Sequence record: PP777464.1
Direction: 5' to 3' (one strand)
DNA length: 64,000 nt
Shown: in pieces, positions 28,990 through 38,018 of the stretch
Layout: every line of letters starts with the position of its first letter
How positions within the stretch are numbered: position 1 is the first letter of the stretch
Position numbers and translations under genes: made by a program
Notes under the pieces: generated by a model
What the model saw: the letters and a program-made list of their open reading frames with translations, nothing else
Database searches by the model: none
What the model was told of the DNA's origin: nothing

Positions 28990-29206
28990 TTCATTTATGA
29001 AACGCGTTTTGAATGATGTACTATCTGGATTTAAAAAAGCGACTAGTCTTATTTTTAGTTCAGTAGTGATGGTTATTACCGTAATGGCATTTGCACTTGT
29101 ACTGCATTTTGTACCATTCTGGTTAGTATTCATTGTACTCATTGTTCTTCTAGGTACGCATGTTTATTATGTTTACCGTGAAGCTTTGGATGATGATAAC
29201 GTTTAA
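28982..29206 (+). CDS. small membrane protein
   Basis: Two hydrophobic segments. Confidence 0.7.
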   Translation: MVDSFMKRVLNDVLSGFKKATSLIFSSVVMVITVMAFALVLHFVPFWLVFIVLIVLLGTHVYYVYREALDDDNV

Positions 29207-29249
29207 AAGTGTTTGACCTCACTATGTGGGGTCTTTTTAAGGTATCTAT

Positions 29250-29693
29250 ATGCATAACGAAACTGAAGTCTTCAAACGTTTCATTGATATTTGTTTACAC
29301 ACGAATTTGGTATATTTGGGTCCAGGAGCAAACTTCAGAACTTTATCTTCAATTTTAGGATACACTGAACCATCATGCTTATATTGCGATGGGAACATGA
29401 TCCATCTCACTGACGGTGATTTTAATGTTCAGTACATTTCACAATGTGATATGTATATATTCAATACACCAGAATATAATATTATTATTGAAGAACGTAC
29501 TAAAGATAATTACCCAACCCAATATGTAAGTTGGGATAGAACAGATTGCGTATATGCCACTGGCCCAGTACAGAAACCTATGAACTATCCTACTATTCAT
29601 TTGAATGTTATCCATGATGAATTGAAAGATTACTGTAACAGTATTTCAGATTCGGAAACAAAATACTTTCCTATTATATTTTTTAAGGTTTGA
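29250..29693 (+). CDS. hypothetical protein
   Basis: ORF tiling. Confidence 0.7.
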   Translation: MHNETEVFKRFIDICLHTNLVYLGPGANFRTLSSILGYTEPSCLYCDGNMIHLTDGDFNVQYISQCDMYIFNTPEYNIIIEERTKDNYPTQYVSWDRTDCVYATGPVQKPMNYPTIHLNVIHDELKDYCNSISDSETKYFPIIFFKV

Positions 29694-30085
29694 TTATGAG
29701 ATGGCGTAAACGACATGTAACAAGATTTAATAAAATAATCAAAAAGTATTTCTCGCATAAGTTAGATCCAATCACACTTCAACTAAGAAGTAGTATGTTT
29801 GATAGACGTTTCCCACAGTGTTTAGAATCGTACAGTCGTAAACGTTACAAGAATGAATACCTGGTATATCGTTATGATTTATCAGAATTCTTTTTGAATA
29901 CTCGTGTATCTGTACCCATCAGACTGTACTCAAGGGTAAAACGAAGTAGGGTCCAAGATATCACTTATGGTTATCTTATGCTTGAGATTAATGAACTCAA
30001 TGAAAAAACAGGTAGAAATTTCAGTACTTTATGTCTGGAAAACAATGATATCATAAAAAGAATTATAGAAGATTTGGGCAAGTAG
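29690..30085 (+). CDS. hypothetical protein
   Basis: ORF tiling. Confidence 0.65.
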   Translation: MIMRWRKRHVTRFNKIIKKYFSHKLDPITLQLRSSMFDRRFPQCLESYSRKRYKNEYLVYRYDLSEFFLNTRVSVPIRLYSRVKRSRVQDITYGYLMLEINELNEKTGRNFSTLCLENNDIIKRIIEDLGK

Positions 30086-30102
30086 GATTTTTTATGCTAT
30101 AA

Positions 30103-30459
30103 TTGGAGATGAGTATGAAATACATCGACAAAGGTACAGTTGAAACACAGTACTGGAATATTCATATTGCTGGTGATATCCAAACAGCAAGAGAGTACAC
30201 ACGAAAGTTTGCATTCAAGCTTGGATTTTGTGTACAATTGATTCCGTGTGAATACATCTACACGGGTGGTCTTGAAAGTGGAATGTGTGCTCGTATTATT
30301 CAGTACCCACGCTTCCCAAAAGAAGAAGTATATCTCAACCGAGATGTATTAAACTATGCTAAGGGTTTAGCTGAAGAGTTGTGTCAAAAGAGTTTTACTA
30401 TTGAGCGAAACAATGATACAATCTATTATGAAAGTGCCGACCCTTTACACAAGAAATGA
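30103..30459 (+). CDS. phage hypothetical protein
   Basis: YIYTGGLESG...IIQYPRFPK pattern resembles a widespread phage family. Confidence 0.75.
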   Translation: MEMSMKYIDKGTVETQYWNIHIAGDIQTAREYTRKFAFKLGFCVQLIPCEYIYTGGLESGMCARIIQYPRFPKEEVYLNRDVLNYAKGLAEELCQKSFTIERNNDTIYYESADPLHKK

Positions 30460-30470
30460 AAGGAAAATAT

Positions 30471-30602
30471 ATGAATGGACTAAAAAAGTTTGGTAAAGAT
30501 TTTCTAAAGTGCATCCGTTATACATACGATGCTAACCCTGAAATGACCGCCATTGTGGGTGTGTTTATTACACTCGTTGTATTAAGCTTTATTGTGGTGT
30601 AA
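30471..30602 (+). CDS. 43-aa membrane peptide not in the ORF track
   Basis: AAGGA RBS; C-terminal TM helix. Confidence 0.6.
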   Translation: MNGLKKFGKDFLKCIRYTYDANPEMTAIVGVFITLVVLSFIVV

Positions 30603-30605
30603 AAT

Positions 30606-30809
30606 ATGATTGAAATTAATGCTGATGTTTATTGTAGTGCATCACCAAACTACTTCATTTATGCACTAAGTACATTTGGTGAAACTGAAGGTGAAACTTT
30701 TGTTTTAGTAGATAATACTACATGGTACAAAACAAGTAATAAAATTCCGAAAGATGTTTTAGAAACTTATGTTCGTATTGAAAATAAAAATATATATGTA
30801 AATTTATAG
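30606..30809 (+). CDS. hypothetical protein
   Basis: ORF tiling. Confidence 0.65.
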   Translation: MIEINADVYCSASPNYFIYALSTFGETEGETFVLVDNTTWYKTSNKIPKDVLETYVRIENKNIYVNL

Positions 30810-30816
30810 GTAAAAT

Positions 30817-31227
30817 ATGATTGAAATGGAAGGAACTCTGGTGTATGATCCAGATCGTGGCACTATGAAAAAGAAGAAGGACTTCTGGTTAGTACTGCAA
30901 CTTCCATTACAGTTGGTTCGATACTACCAGTACTTCATCAGAACTGACTTACATATTGATATTAAAGACCCACAATGGGGAGCACATGTCAGTATCGTTC
31001 GTGGTGAAGTGCCACCAAATCCAGAGTACTGGAAAAAGTACGATGGTATGAAAGTTAAGATTAAGTTCGATCCTTTCATCGAAGAAGTAAAAGACAATAA
31101 GAAACCTGGGTCATTCTTTATCATAGAGTTTGAAGATGATTTCATTGCACATATTCGTAATGAACTGGGTTTGGCATCTAAATATTTCAAATATCACATC
31201 ACCATTGGTAGAACATACTACGATTAA
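30817..31227 (+). CDS. 2H phosphoesterase-family protein
   Basis: Two HxS/T motifs: GAHVSIV and YHITIG. Confidence 0.75.
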   Translation: MIEMEGTLVYDPDRGTMKKKKDFWLVLQLPLQLVRYYQYFIRTDLHIDIKDPQWGAHVSIVRGEVPPNPEYWKKYDGMKVKIKFDPFIEEVKDNKKPGSFFIIEFEDDFIAHIRNELGLASKYFKYHITIGRTYYD

Positions 31228-31394
31228 TGTGGTTATTTGGTAAATAGGTCTTGATATAACTAAAAAGTATGCTATACTACTTAAATGTTCCAAAGAACAA
31301 CTGAGTACTGTAGAAAGTCCAATGAGGCTTTTGCAAATGGCCTCTTTGCCCTCTTTGTGATTGCTCATTGTTAACAACCAACAAAGGAGGCGTT

Positions 31395-32321
31395 TTGAAA
31401 AAAGCGAAAAAAGCACTGAAAACTAAAATTGCCGTAGGCGTATTAGTTTCATCAGCCCTATTCGCTGCGATTGGATTTTATGGTTTTTCTCAAAGTGATC
31501 GTGCATCATCATTAGACGAAAGTCAGGTGCATAATTTAAAACCACAAGTTACGCAAATTCAAAAGCAGGAACTACCACAGGTGTCAGTACCAAAAGCAGT
31601 TCCAAGCAGCGAGAAACATTATACGGTTCAACCTGGTGATAGTTATTATTCTATTGCACAGAAATTTAAACCTAAAAATGTACAGATTGAAGATTATGTC
31701 ATTTTGTTGAAGAACATCAACTTAAATGCAACTCTTCATACTTCTCAGGGTATCTTTATCCCAACAAAAGAGGATTTGAAGAACGTATTGTTACCAGATG
31801 TGACTGTACTGTTTGATTATAAAGATCCAGAAATTGTCAATCACATCAAAGAAGCTGAAGGTTCTATTGAATTTCAGTCCAAGAACAAACGACGTTTACT
31901 TGGTGGGAAAGTTGGAGTTCCTTTCCACAATTCTAAATTTCATCCCTATAAGGACATGAAAGGTAATTATACAATTGGTTATGGGCATTATTTGGGTAAG
32001 AAAGATTCTGATGCAATGAAGTACAGAAACGGGATTACCAAAGCACAGGCCAACAAACTTTTAATGCAAGATATGAAAAGGACTTACGAGGACTTTACAC
32101 TATTGATGCAGAAGAAAGATGCAGTTAATCTGACAAAAGAACAGCAGCGTATCCTGTTTGAAATGTCATACACAATGGGCGTTGATAAATTGGCAACATT
32201 TGACAAACTTTGGAAAAGTGTTAAAATGGATAACCCTAAGAAGTTCAAGAAAGAAATCATGAATTCCTTGTGGTATCGCCAAGTTACAAACAGAGCGGAT
32301 TTGCTGTTAAGCTCACTCTAA
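31395..32321 (+). CDS. lysozyme (T4-lysozyme/GH24-like) with LysM domain and N-terminal membrane anchor
   Basis: HYTVQPGDSYYSIA (LysM); HIKEAEG...PYKD..GNYTIGYGH; SLWYRQV.NRA; TTG start after AAGGAGG. Confidence 0.85.
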   Translation: MKKAKKALKTKIAVGVLVSSALFAAIGFYGFSQSDRASSLDESQVHNLKPQVTQIQKQELPQVSVPKAVPSSEKHYTVQPGDSYYSIAQKFKPKNVQIEDYVILLKNINLNATLHTSQGIFIPTKEDLKNVLLPDVTVLFDYKDPEIVNHIKEAEGSIEFQSKNKRRLLGGKVGVPFHNSKFHPYKDMKGNYTIGYGHYLGKKDSDAMKYRNGITKAQANKLLMQDMKRTYEDFTLLMQKKDAVNLTKEQQRILFEMSYTMGVDKLATFDKLWKSVKMDNPKKFKKEIMNSLWYRQVTNRADLLLSSL

Positions 32322-32336
32322 AAAGGTAGGTAAATT

Positions 32337-32669
32337 ATGCTAGATTTAGTTATTCAAGGTAATGTTGATATTACTCCAGCAATCAATGACGCGATTCATG
32401 CAGAAGCAAATGTACTAACGAAATTTAGTGATTCTTCAGTACTTTATATCGGTGTTCATGTGAAGAAAGAGCATAAGAATCAATATTCCGTAACTTTAAC
32501 ATCAGGTGGTAAGATTGTCACCGCCGATGATGCAGATTTATACAAAGCAATTGGTGATTCATTTGAAAAAATGGAAACTGTCTTAGGTAAAGACAAAAGC
32601 ATTAAATTGCATCGCCGTAACCACCCCGAACATCCAGTTCAAGAAGACTTGACTGAAGACGAAGAGTAA
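32337..32669 (+). CDS. ribosome hibernation factor-like protein (HPF/RaiA, S30AE family)
   Basis: IQGNVDITPAI...ADDADLYKAIGDSFEKMETVL matches the HPF pattern. Confidence 0.75.
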   Translation: MLDLVIQGNVDITPAINDAIHAEANVLTKFSDSSVLYIGVHVKKEHKNQYSVTLTSGGKIVTADDADLYKAIGDSFEKMETVLGKDKSIKLHRRNHPEHPVQEDLTEDEE

Positions 32670-32678
32670 GATATAATA

Positions 32679-32708
32679 AAGGGACAGAGATTATTCTGTC
32701 CCTTTTCT
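32679..32708 (+). terminator. rho-independent terminator
   Basis: AAGGGACAGA...TCTGTCCCTT plus T run. Confidence 0.75.
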
Positions 32709-32723
32709 TATGGAGTTTTAATT

Positions 32724-33104
32724 ATGAATTATTCCTGGATGGGAATTGTAAAATCTTTAATATCAACACATGATATGGACTTACCTGAACACCTAGTTAT
32801 TAATAGATGGTACTATCCATATCCAGATAACCGTTGTGTTGGGATTGGATTTTTTATTAATCAAAAATCTCAATTTGTCGGATTAATTGAAGATGATACA
32901 AAATACAACCTTGTGTTGAATGCTGATCACATAAAATACTACACCCATAAAATTGACGAAGACTATGATGTTATAATCCCAGTAGAGATAGACGAAGCTT
33001 CATTTTTTCAGTTATCATTAATTCATGATATATCTGATATTACTTATGATAATGTGAAAGACCTTTTTATATTGTACAATAAAATGTATAATTACTTTAT
33101 ATGA
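32724..33104 (+). CDS. hypothetical protein (E..FFQ family)
   Basis: DEASFFQLSLIHDISDITY. Confidence 0.7.
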   Translation: MNYSWMGIVKSLISTHDMDLPEHLVINRWYYPYPDNRCVGIGFFINQKSQFVGLIEDDTKYNLVLNADHIKYYTHKIDEDYDVIIPVEIDEASFFQLSLIHDISDITYDNVKDLFILYNKMYNYFI

Positions 33105-33116
33105 TTGAGGTGTAAG

Positions 33117-33488
33117 TTGAGAAATACATTAATTAAAGTTAATTTATCACATTTCGACCCATATCAGAAATATGAAGAAAGTCGAAGATATAATATTAAT
33201 GAAGATTTCACAATATATTTCAATAGAACATATAGCATAATCATCATTACTATTTGTAATCATATAAAAATTTGTATAACAAAAGACACAATAACTTTAC
33301 ACATTCAAGACAAAGAAACTGATATTCCAACAGATTTGGATGAAGATGGATATGCTCAAGACGAATTCTTGAGAGATCACTTGTTGATTGAGTACAGCAC
33401 TTATGCATTGATTAATTTCTACAAAGTAAATTACATTAAGTGGTTGTCTGGTGAAAGTGATGATGGTATAATAGAGTATAATATATAA
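33117..33488 (+). CDS. hypothetical protein (E..FFQ family, divergent)
   Basis: DEDGYAQDEFLRDHLLIEY; TTG start after GAGGTG. Confidence 0.6.
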   Translation: MRNTLIKVNLSHFDPYQKYEESRRYNINEDFTIYFNRTYSIIIITICNHIKICITKDTITLHIQDKETDIPTDLDEDGYAQDEFLRDHLLIEYSTYALINFYKVNYIKWLSGESDDGIIEYNI

Positions 33489-33613
33489 TGAATACAATTA
33501 TACTTGAAGAAGATTTGGGTGTTTATGAACAAGAAACCGACGTGAACAAAGAACCAGAATACAAGCCTAATGGCTTCTTGGAACGTCTCTTTGATTGGCT
33601 GATGGGGGAGTGA
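33488..33613 (+). CDS. 41-aa microprotein A, not in the ORF track
   Basis: MNTIILEEDLGVYEQETDVNKEPEYKPNGFLERLFDWLMGE; overlaps neighbours at both ends; paralog at 34623. Confidence 0.75.
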   Translation: MNTIILEEDLGVYEQETDVNKEPEYKPNGFLERLFDWLMGE

Positions 33614-33798
33614 TGGAATATACAATATGTGCTATTATTTGTATCTTAGCTTTAATCTGTGGCGTTGGTGTGATGATTTATTGTGATGCAGAACCCAGTA
33701 CTGAAGTAGGAACAACAATAACACTTAAACCTGGTGTTAAAATTAATGATACCTATTGCTACAATCCAAACACAAACCGCTATGAGATTTGTTTATGA
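33613..33798 (+). CDS. small membrane protein
   Basis: TGATG overlap start; N-terminal TM. Confidence 0.65.
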   Translation: MEYTICAIICILALICGVGVMIYCDAEPSTEVGTTITLKPGVKINDTYCYNPNTNRYEICL

Positions 33799-34202
33799 GA
33801 ACATTCAACATTGATTATATAATTGATTCGATTGCAGAACATATGAAAAACATAAGTAAAAACGAGCCTGGTTTTTACTTCAACTTAGATAAACTCCATC
33901 GCAATACCAATGTATCTAGTTTTAATCGTGCTAAGAAACTTTACATCCGTATACATAACCTTTGGTACAGTGACGATACGTTGATGATAGATATCACTGT
34001 TGATGAAGAAATAACATTAAGATATATTGACGATTTTAAATCAGATGATATTCGTTCTGGCTCATTACCAATTGATGCTTCATATGAAGAGTATCTACAA
34101 TATCAGTTCATTGATGACACATTTGGATTTGACTTTGAACTATATAATAGTATAATGAACGTATACCATATATACGAAAGGAATTTGAATGGACATTCGT
34201 AA
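33795..34202 (+). CDS. hypothetical protein (E..FFQ family)
   Basis: EEYLQYQFIDDTFGFDF. Confidence 0.7.
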   Translation: MRTFNIDYIIDSIAEHMKNISKNEPGFYFNLDKLHRNTNVSSFNRAKKLYIRIHNLWYSDDTLMIDITVDEEITLRYIDDFKSDDIRSGSLPIDASYEEYLQYQFIDDTFGFDFELYNSIMNVYHIYERNLNGHS

Positions 34203-34611
34203 AATACCAAATTTCCACAGTACATTAAGGTACTTTTCTGAACAAGAAATCAGTACTGAAATACGAGGCATGATTTCGTATAATCAATATAGAGTACTAA
34301 CCACTAATAAATTTCAGGGTACAGTACGTGTAAAAATACGAAACGCGTTAGTAGAGAATGATGAATTATTAATTACACTTAGAAAAAGTAAGATAGAATT
34401 AGCATACGCAATTTTCGATACTACATGTGATTTGATGTGGAACACACTGTTAAAAAAAGAAGGTTCATTGCCAGTTTATGATAATGGTCCTGAAACACTT
34501 GTTCAGTACATGTTCATTGATGATACATTTAGTATTGACTATCCGTCATTTCAGTGTATACTAGATATACATGCAAAATATTACGACCGTCTACGTGATA
34601 GATTAATTTAA
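34189..34611 (+). CDS. hypothetical protein (E..FFQ family)
   Basis: ETLVQYMFIDDTFSIDY. Confidence 0.7.
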   Translation: MDIRKIPNFHSTLRYFSEQEISTEIRGMISYNQYRVLTTNKFQGTVRVKIRNALVENDELLITLRKSKIELAYAIFDTTCDLMWNTLLKKEGSLPVYDNGPETLVQYMFIDDTFSIDYPSFQCILDIHAKYYDRLRDRLI

Positions 34612-34622
34612 TTGGAGGCATT

Positions 34623-34745
34623 GTGATTACGGTATTAGAAGAAGATTGGGGTGTTTCCGAGCAAGGAACAGATGAATATGAATATCCAGAATATCAGCCA
34701 AAAGGCTTCTGGGAACGTCTACGTGATTGGTTGATGGGGGAATGA
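34623..34745 (+). CDS. 40-aa microprotein B, not in the ORF track
   Basis: MITVLEEDWGVSEQGTDEYEYPEYQPKGFWERLRDWLMGE; GGAGG RBS with GTG start. Confidence 0.75.
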   Translation: MITVLEEDWGVSEQGTDEYEYPEYQPKGFWERLRDWLMGE

Positions 34746-34746
34746 T

Positions 34747-35862
34747 ATGAAAAAGTATTTGGTTGGTGGCTACGTTCGTGACCGTTTAATGGGCATCCGT
34801 GCAAAAGACAAAGATTATGTTATTGTCGGTGCTACCGAATCCGATATTAAATACTTGCAAAGTATTGGATACAAGCAAGTAGGTAAGGATTTCCCTGTAT
34901 ATCTAAGTCCAGAAGGTAATGAACACGCATTAGCCCGTACTGAGCGTAAAACTGGTACTGGATATGGTGGTTTCGAAGTGAATACAAAAGGTGTGACACT
35001 AGAACAAGATCTATATCGTCGTGATCTCACAATCAATAGTATTGCATATGATCCAGTACTCCAGATTCACATCGACCCTTATGGCGGGAAAGCTGATATC
35101 AAGAACAAAGTACTTCGTCATGTATCAGAACACTTTAAAGAAGATCCATTGCGTGTTCTACGTTTGGCCCGTTTCGCTACGCGTTACTCCGACTTTACAA
35201 TCCATGATGATACTATGACAATGTGTAAAGATATGGTTAGTACTGGTGAACTAGACCATCTAGTTCCAGATCGTGTTTTTGTTGAATTCGAAAAAGCACT
35301 TTCTGAAGAAAACCCTTCCAAGTTTATCAAAACTCTGGTACAATTTGGTTATTACGAAAAGGCATTTACTACAGTTCCAGTTACCAAGAAACGTCTGGAA
35401 TTAATTGATTCTATCTCTGTAAATTGTACAGAAGAATATAAACCATATTTCTTATGGACAGTACTTCTTGAAAATGAAGAAGTAAATAATGATTCAGTAC
35501 TTAACGGTTCCATTAAGGTTCCAGTTAAGTACGTGAAGTTTAGTAATTACATCAAGCGTTTCCGTGAAGATATTAAAACCTTCCGTAAGAAGACCCCAGT
35601 TGAAATGGGACAAATCTTACTGGATATGAATATCAAAAACAATGGTGGTGAAGATTTCCTTTACAAAGTACTGGAAAACTTCATTTTGAACAAAGAAATT
35701 GATTCTGAACTTGAAGATTTGATTATTAAAGTTTATGATCGTTATACTGATGTTGAATTACCTGATATTCAGCAGTTAGTGAAAGATGGTGAACTCCAAA
35801 CATCGGAGATTCGTGATTTTGTTGCTGAATTGCGTATTGAAGCAATCAAGCAAATGTTCTAA
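34747..35862 (+). CDS. cca: tRNA nucleotidyltransferase (CCA-adding enzyme, class II)
   Basis: YLVGGYVRD, DKDYVIVG, ARTERKTG.GY.GF, DL.RRDLTINSIA, EDPLRVLRLARF. Confidence 0.93.
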   Translation: MKKYLVGGYVRDRLMGIRAKDKDYVIVGATESDIKYLQSIGYKQVGKDFPVYLSPEGNEHALARTERKTGTGYGGFEVNTKGVTLEQDLYRRDLTINSIAYDPVLQIHIDPYGGKADIKNKVLRHVSEHFKEDPLRVLRLARFATRYSDFTIHDDTMTMCKDMVSTGELDHLVPDRVFVEFEKALSEENPSKFIKTLVQFGYYEKAFTTVPVTKKRLELIDSISVNCTEEYKPYFLWTVLLENEEVNNDSVLNGSIKVPVKYVKFSNYIKRFREDIKTFRKKTPVEMGQILLDMNIKNNGGEDFLYKVLENFILNKEIDSELEDLIIKVYDRYTDVELPDIQQLVKDGELQTSEIRDFVAELRIEAIKQMF

Positions 35863-35937
35863 AAGCTGGGACAAGTTAACATCTTCTGATATAATTACTA
35901 GTATCTGAACATCACTTGATGATAAAGAGATAAGATT

Positions 35938-36382
35938 ATGCGTTATAGCTGTGGTATAATATTTTATCGTGATGGTCAGATACTTATCGGGCATACAACA
36001 CGGACAGAATCACTGGGACTTACCTAAAGGTAAAACTGAAGGTACAGAAACATTTAAAGAGGCTGCTGTACGTGAATGCTACGAAGAGACAGGATATGAA
36101 ATCGATGAAGATGATCTTCTGTTTCTTGGTGATGTATCGTATAGAAAGGGGAAACGTTTAGTTTTATTTTTCTATACAGCCAAAGATAAGCCTATACCAG
36201 AAGAGTTGGTGTGTAAAAGTACTTACACAAACAGATATGGTAGAAGTCACCCAGAATTGGATAAGTTCATGTACATTGATGTACTAGATTGTCAAAAGTA
36301 TTTGACTGAACGAATGTGTAACAGTATAATAAAGGCTGTTACGATGTTTCAACGAAATAAAGGGAAAAGAAATGAAAGTTAA
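35938..36382 (+). CDS. NUDIX hydrolase (T4 NudE-like), split by a +1 shift at CGG 36001
   Basis: Frame 0 gives MRYSCGIIFYRDGQILIGHTT; the +1 frame gives GQNHWDLPKG...AAVRECYEETG (Nudix box). Confidence 0.85.
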
Positions 36383-36620
36383 AATTTATGGTCGCACTAC
36401 TGGTTGTAAATTCTGCGACACTGCTAAAGCAGTATGTGAAAATAACAAATTTGATATGGAGTTTATCGATATTGTTACCGCTGGTATTGATGGTGCTAAA
36501 CTATCTGAACTATGTGGTGAGCCAGTACGACAGGTTCCACAAATTTTCGTAAACGATGTTTACGTTCCAGGTGGCTGTACTGGTTTCGTTGAAGGTCTTA
36601 AAGAAGGTCGCTGGAATTAA
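36372..36620 (+). CDS. glutaredoxin
   Basis: GCKFC, VRQVPQIF, VPGG. Confidence 0.9.
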   Translation: MKVKIYGRTTGCKFCDTAKAVCENNKFDMEFIDIVTAGIDGAKLSELCGEPVRQVPQIFVNDVYVPGGCTGFVEGLKEGRWN

Positions 36621-36862
36621 TGAATATTGATAAAGTATCATCTCGTGCAAAACATTTAGCTGACACATTGGGTGTTGAATTTAAAATGCCTGATATGGAA
36701 GCCGCAAAAGTTAAAGCACAACGTAAAATTCACAAAATGAAAGAATACACTACTAAGAAAGAACAGTACGATAAAGCGGTTGCTTATATTATTGAAGCTT
36801 TCAGTAAAGATGATATTTTGGCATTCATCGCTTCAGTAGAGGTTTCGAGCAACCCTAAATAA
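36620..36862 (+). CDS. hypothetical protein
   Basis: TAATG overlap. Confidence 0.7.
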   Translation: MNIDKVSSRAKHLADTLGVEFKMPDMEAAKVKAQRKIHKMKEYTTKKEQYDKAVAYIIEAFSKDDILAFIASVEVSSNPK

Positions 36863-36907
36863 TAATGAAGAACACAAGTTCTTCGTAACAATTTGGGAGA
36901 TACTATT

Positions 36908-37150
36908 ATGCTCAGTTTTCGTGAACAATTAGCAAAAGGCCAATTCGCTGCTAAAGCTCAAACATCCATTCCTAAAAAGTCTGCTTTCTTAGGGACGATT
37001 ACAGAAGATGGTTATTGTGATTATGATGCACCAGAAGATTCATGGTACATTACGAAAGACACAAAACGTGGTAATAGACTTCACAAAAGTACCATTGCTC
37101 GCAAACAACGAAAAGAATTGAAAAAAATTCGATTCGGTGAAGAAGAATAA
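36908..37150 (+). CDS. hypothetical protein
   Basis: GGGAG RBS before ATG at 36908. Confidence 0.7.
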   Translation: MLSFREQLAKGQFAAKAQTSIPKKSAFLGTITEDGYCDYDAPEDSWYITKDTKRGNRLHKSTIARKQRKELKKIRFGEEE

Positions 37151-37160
37151 AATATAAATT

Positions 37161-37190
37161 AAGGACTCTGATTACAGAGTCCTTTCTTTT
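37161..37190 (+). terminator. rho-independent terminator
   Basis: AAGGACTCTG-ATTA-CAGAGTCCTT plus T run. Confidence 0.75.
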
Positions 37191-37201
37191 CGGAGAATAT
37201 A

Positions 37202-37678
37202 ATGATACATGAACACCTAGGTAATTTGTTTGAATTGTTCAACACTGTTACTGATGATCAAACCGCGTTGCATATAATCGCTCATGGTTGTAATGCACAG
37301 GGTAAGATGGGTTCGGGTTTTGCAAAAGAACTAAGAAATCGTTATCCGATGGCATATGATGATTATAAAGCATATGAAAAGGAAATGGGATTTCTAAGAA
37401 CAGGACAAATTTCATATTCTTCTATAAGTGATGATTTGCTTATCGCAAACTGCATTACCCAAAAGTACTATGGTAATGACGGTTCTAAGTATGTGAGTTA
37501 TGATGCAATCGATGATGTTTTCAAACAACTCAATTACTTATGTAACGTTGAACGCACTGTTCATGTACACTTCCCGAAAATTGGAGCCGATTTAGGCGGT
37601 GGTAACTGGAACGTTATCAAAGAAATCATTGACCACAGACTGGTTAATGCAGAAAAACACTTATACTTTCTAAAATAA
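37202..37678 (+). CDS. macro domain (ADP-ribose processing) protein
   Basis: IAHGCNAQGKMGSGFA...FPKIGADLGGGNW. Confidence 0.88.
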   Translation: MIHEHLGNLFELFNTVTDDQTALHIIAHGCNAQGKMGSGFAKELRNRYPMAYDDYKAYEKEMGFLRTGQISYSSISDDLLIANCITQKYYGNDGSKYVSYDAIDDVFKQLNYLCNVERTVHVHFPKIGADLGGGNWNVIKEIIDHRLVNAEKHLYFLK

Positions 37679-37688
37679 ACAAAAGGAC

Positions 37689-38006
37689 TTGACAAAAATG
37701 ACTATGACCGTTAAACTACTAAACATCAACAGCGTTGGCCCAGTACTAGCAATTCTACAAAATGATGCACCAGAAGCAGTAGTAGTTAACTACCCAGCAC
37801 AGCTAGGTACTGACGAACAAGGTGAAATCATTCTACGTGATTACCTAGAATTCATTAGTTCTGAAAAAGGCGTTATTTTTTATAAATCCAACATCATTAG
37901 CATCAGCGATGCAAACCCTGCACTAGTTGAAGCTTATGTTGAAGCAATCAAGGCTATCGAAGAAAAACCAGCACTGATTGTTCCTGATAACAAAATCATT
38001 CTATAA
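37689..38006 (+). CDS. phage hypothetical protein, possibly Sm-like
   Basis: Beta-rich core with C-terminal LVEAY...LIVPD. Confidence 0.65.
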   Translation: MTKMTMTVKLLNINSVGPVLAILQNDAPEAVVVNYPAQLGTDEQGEIILRDYLEFISSEKGVIFYKSNIISISDANPALVEAYVEAIKAIEEKPALIVPDNKIIL

Positions 38007-38018
38007 TAGAGGTATCTA

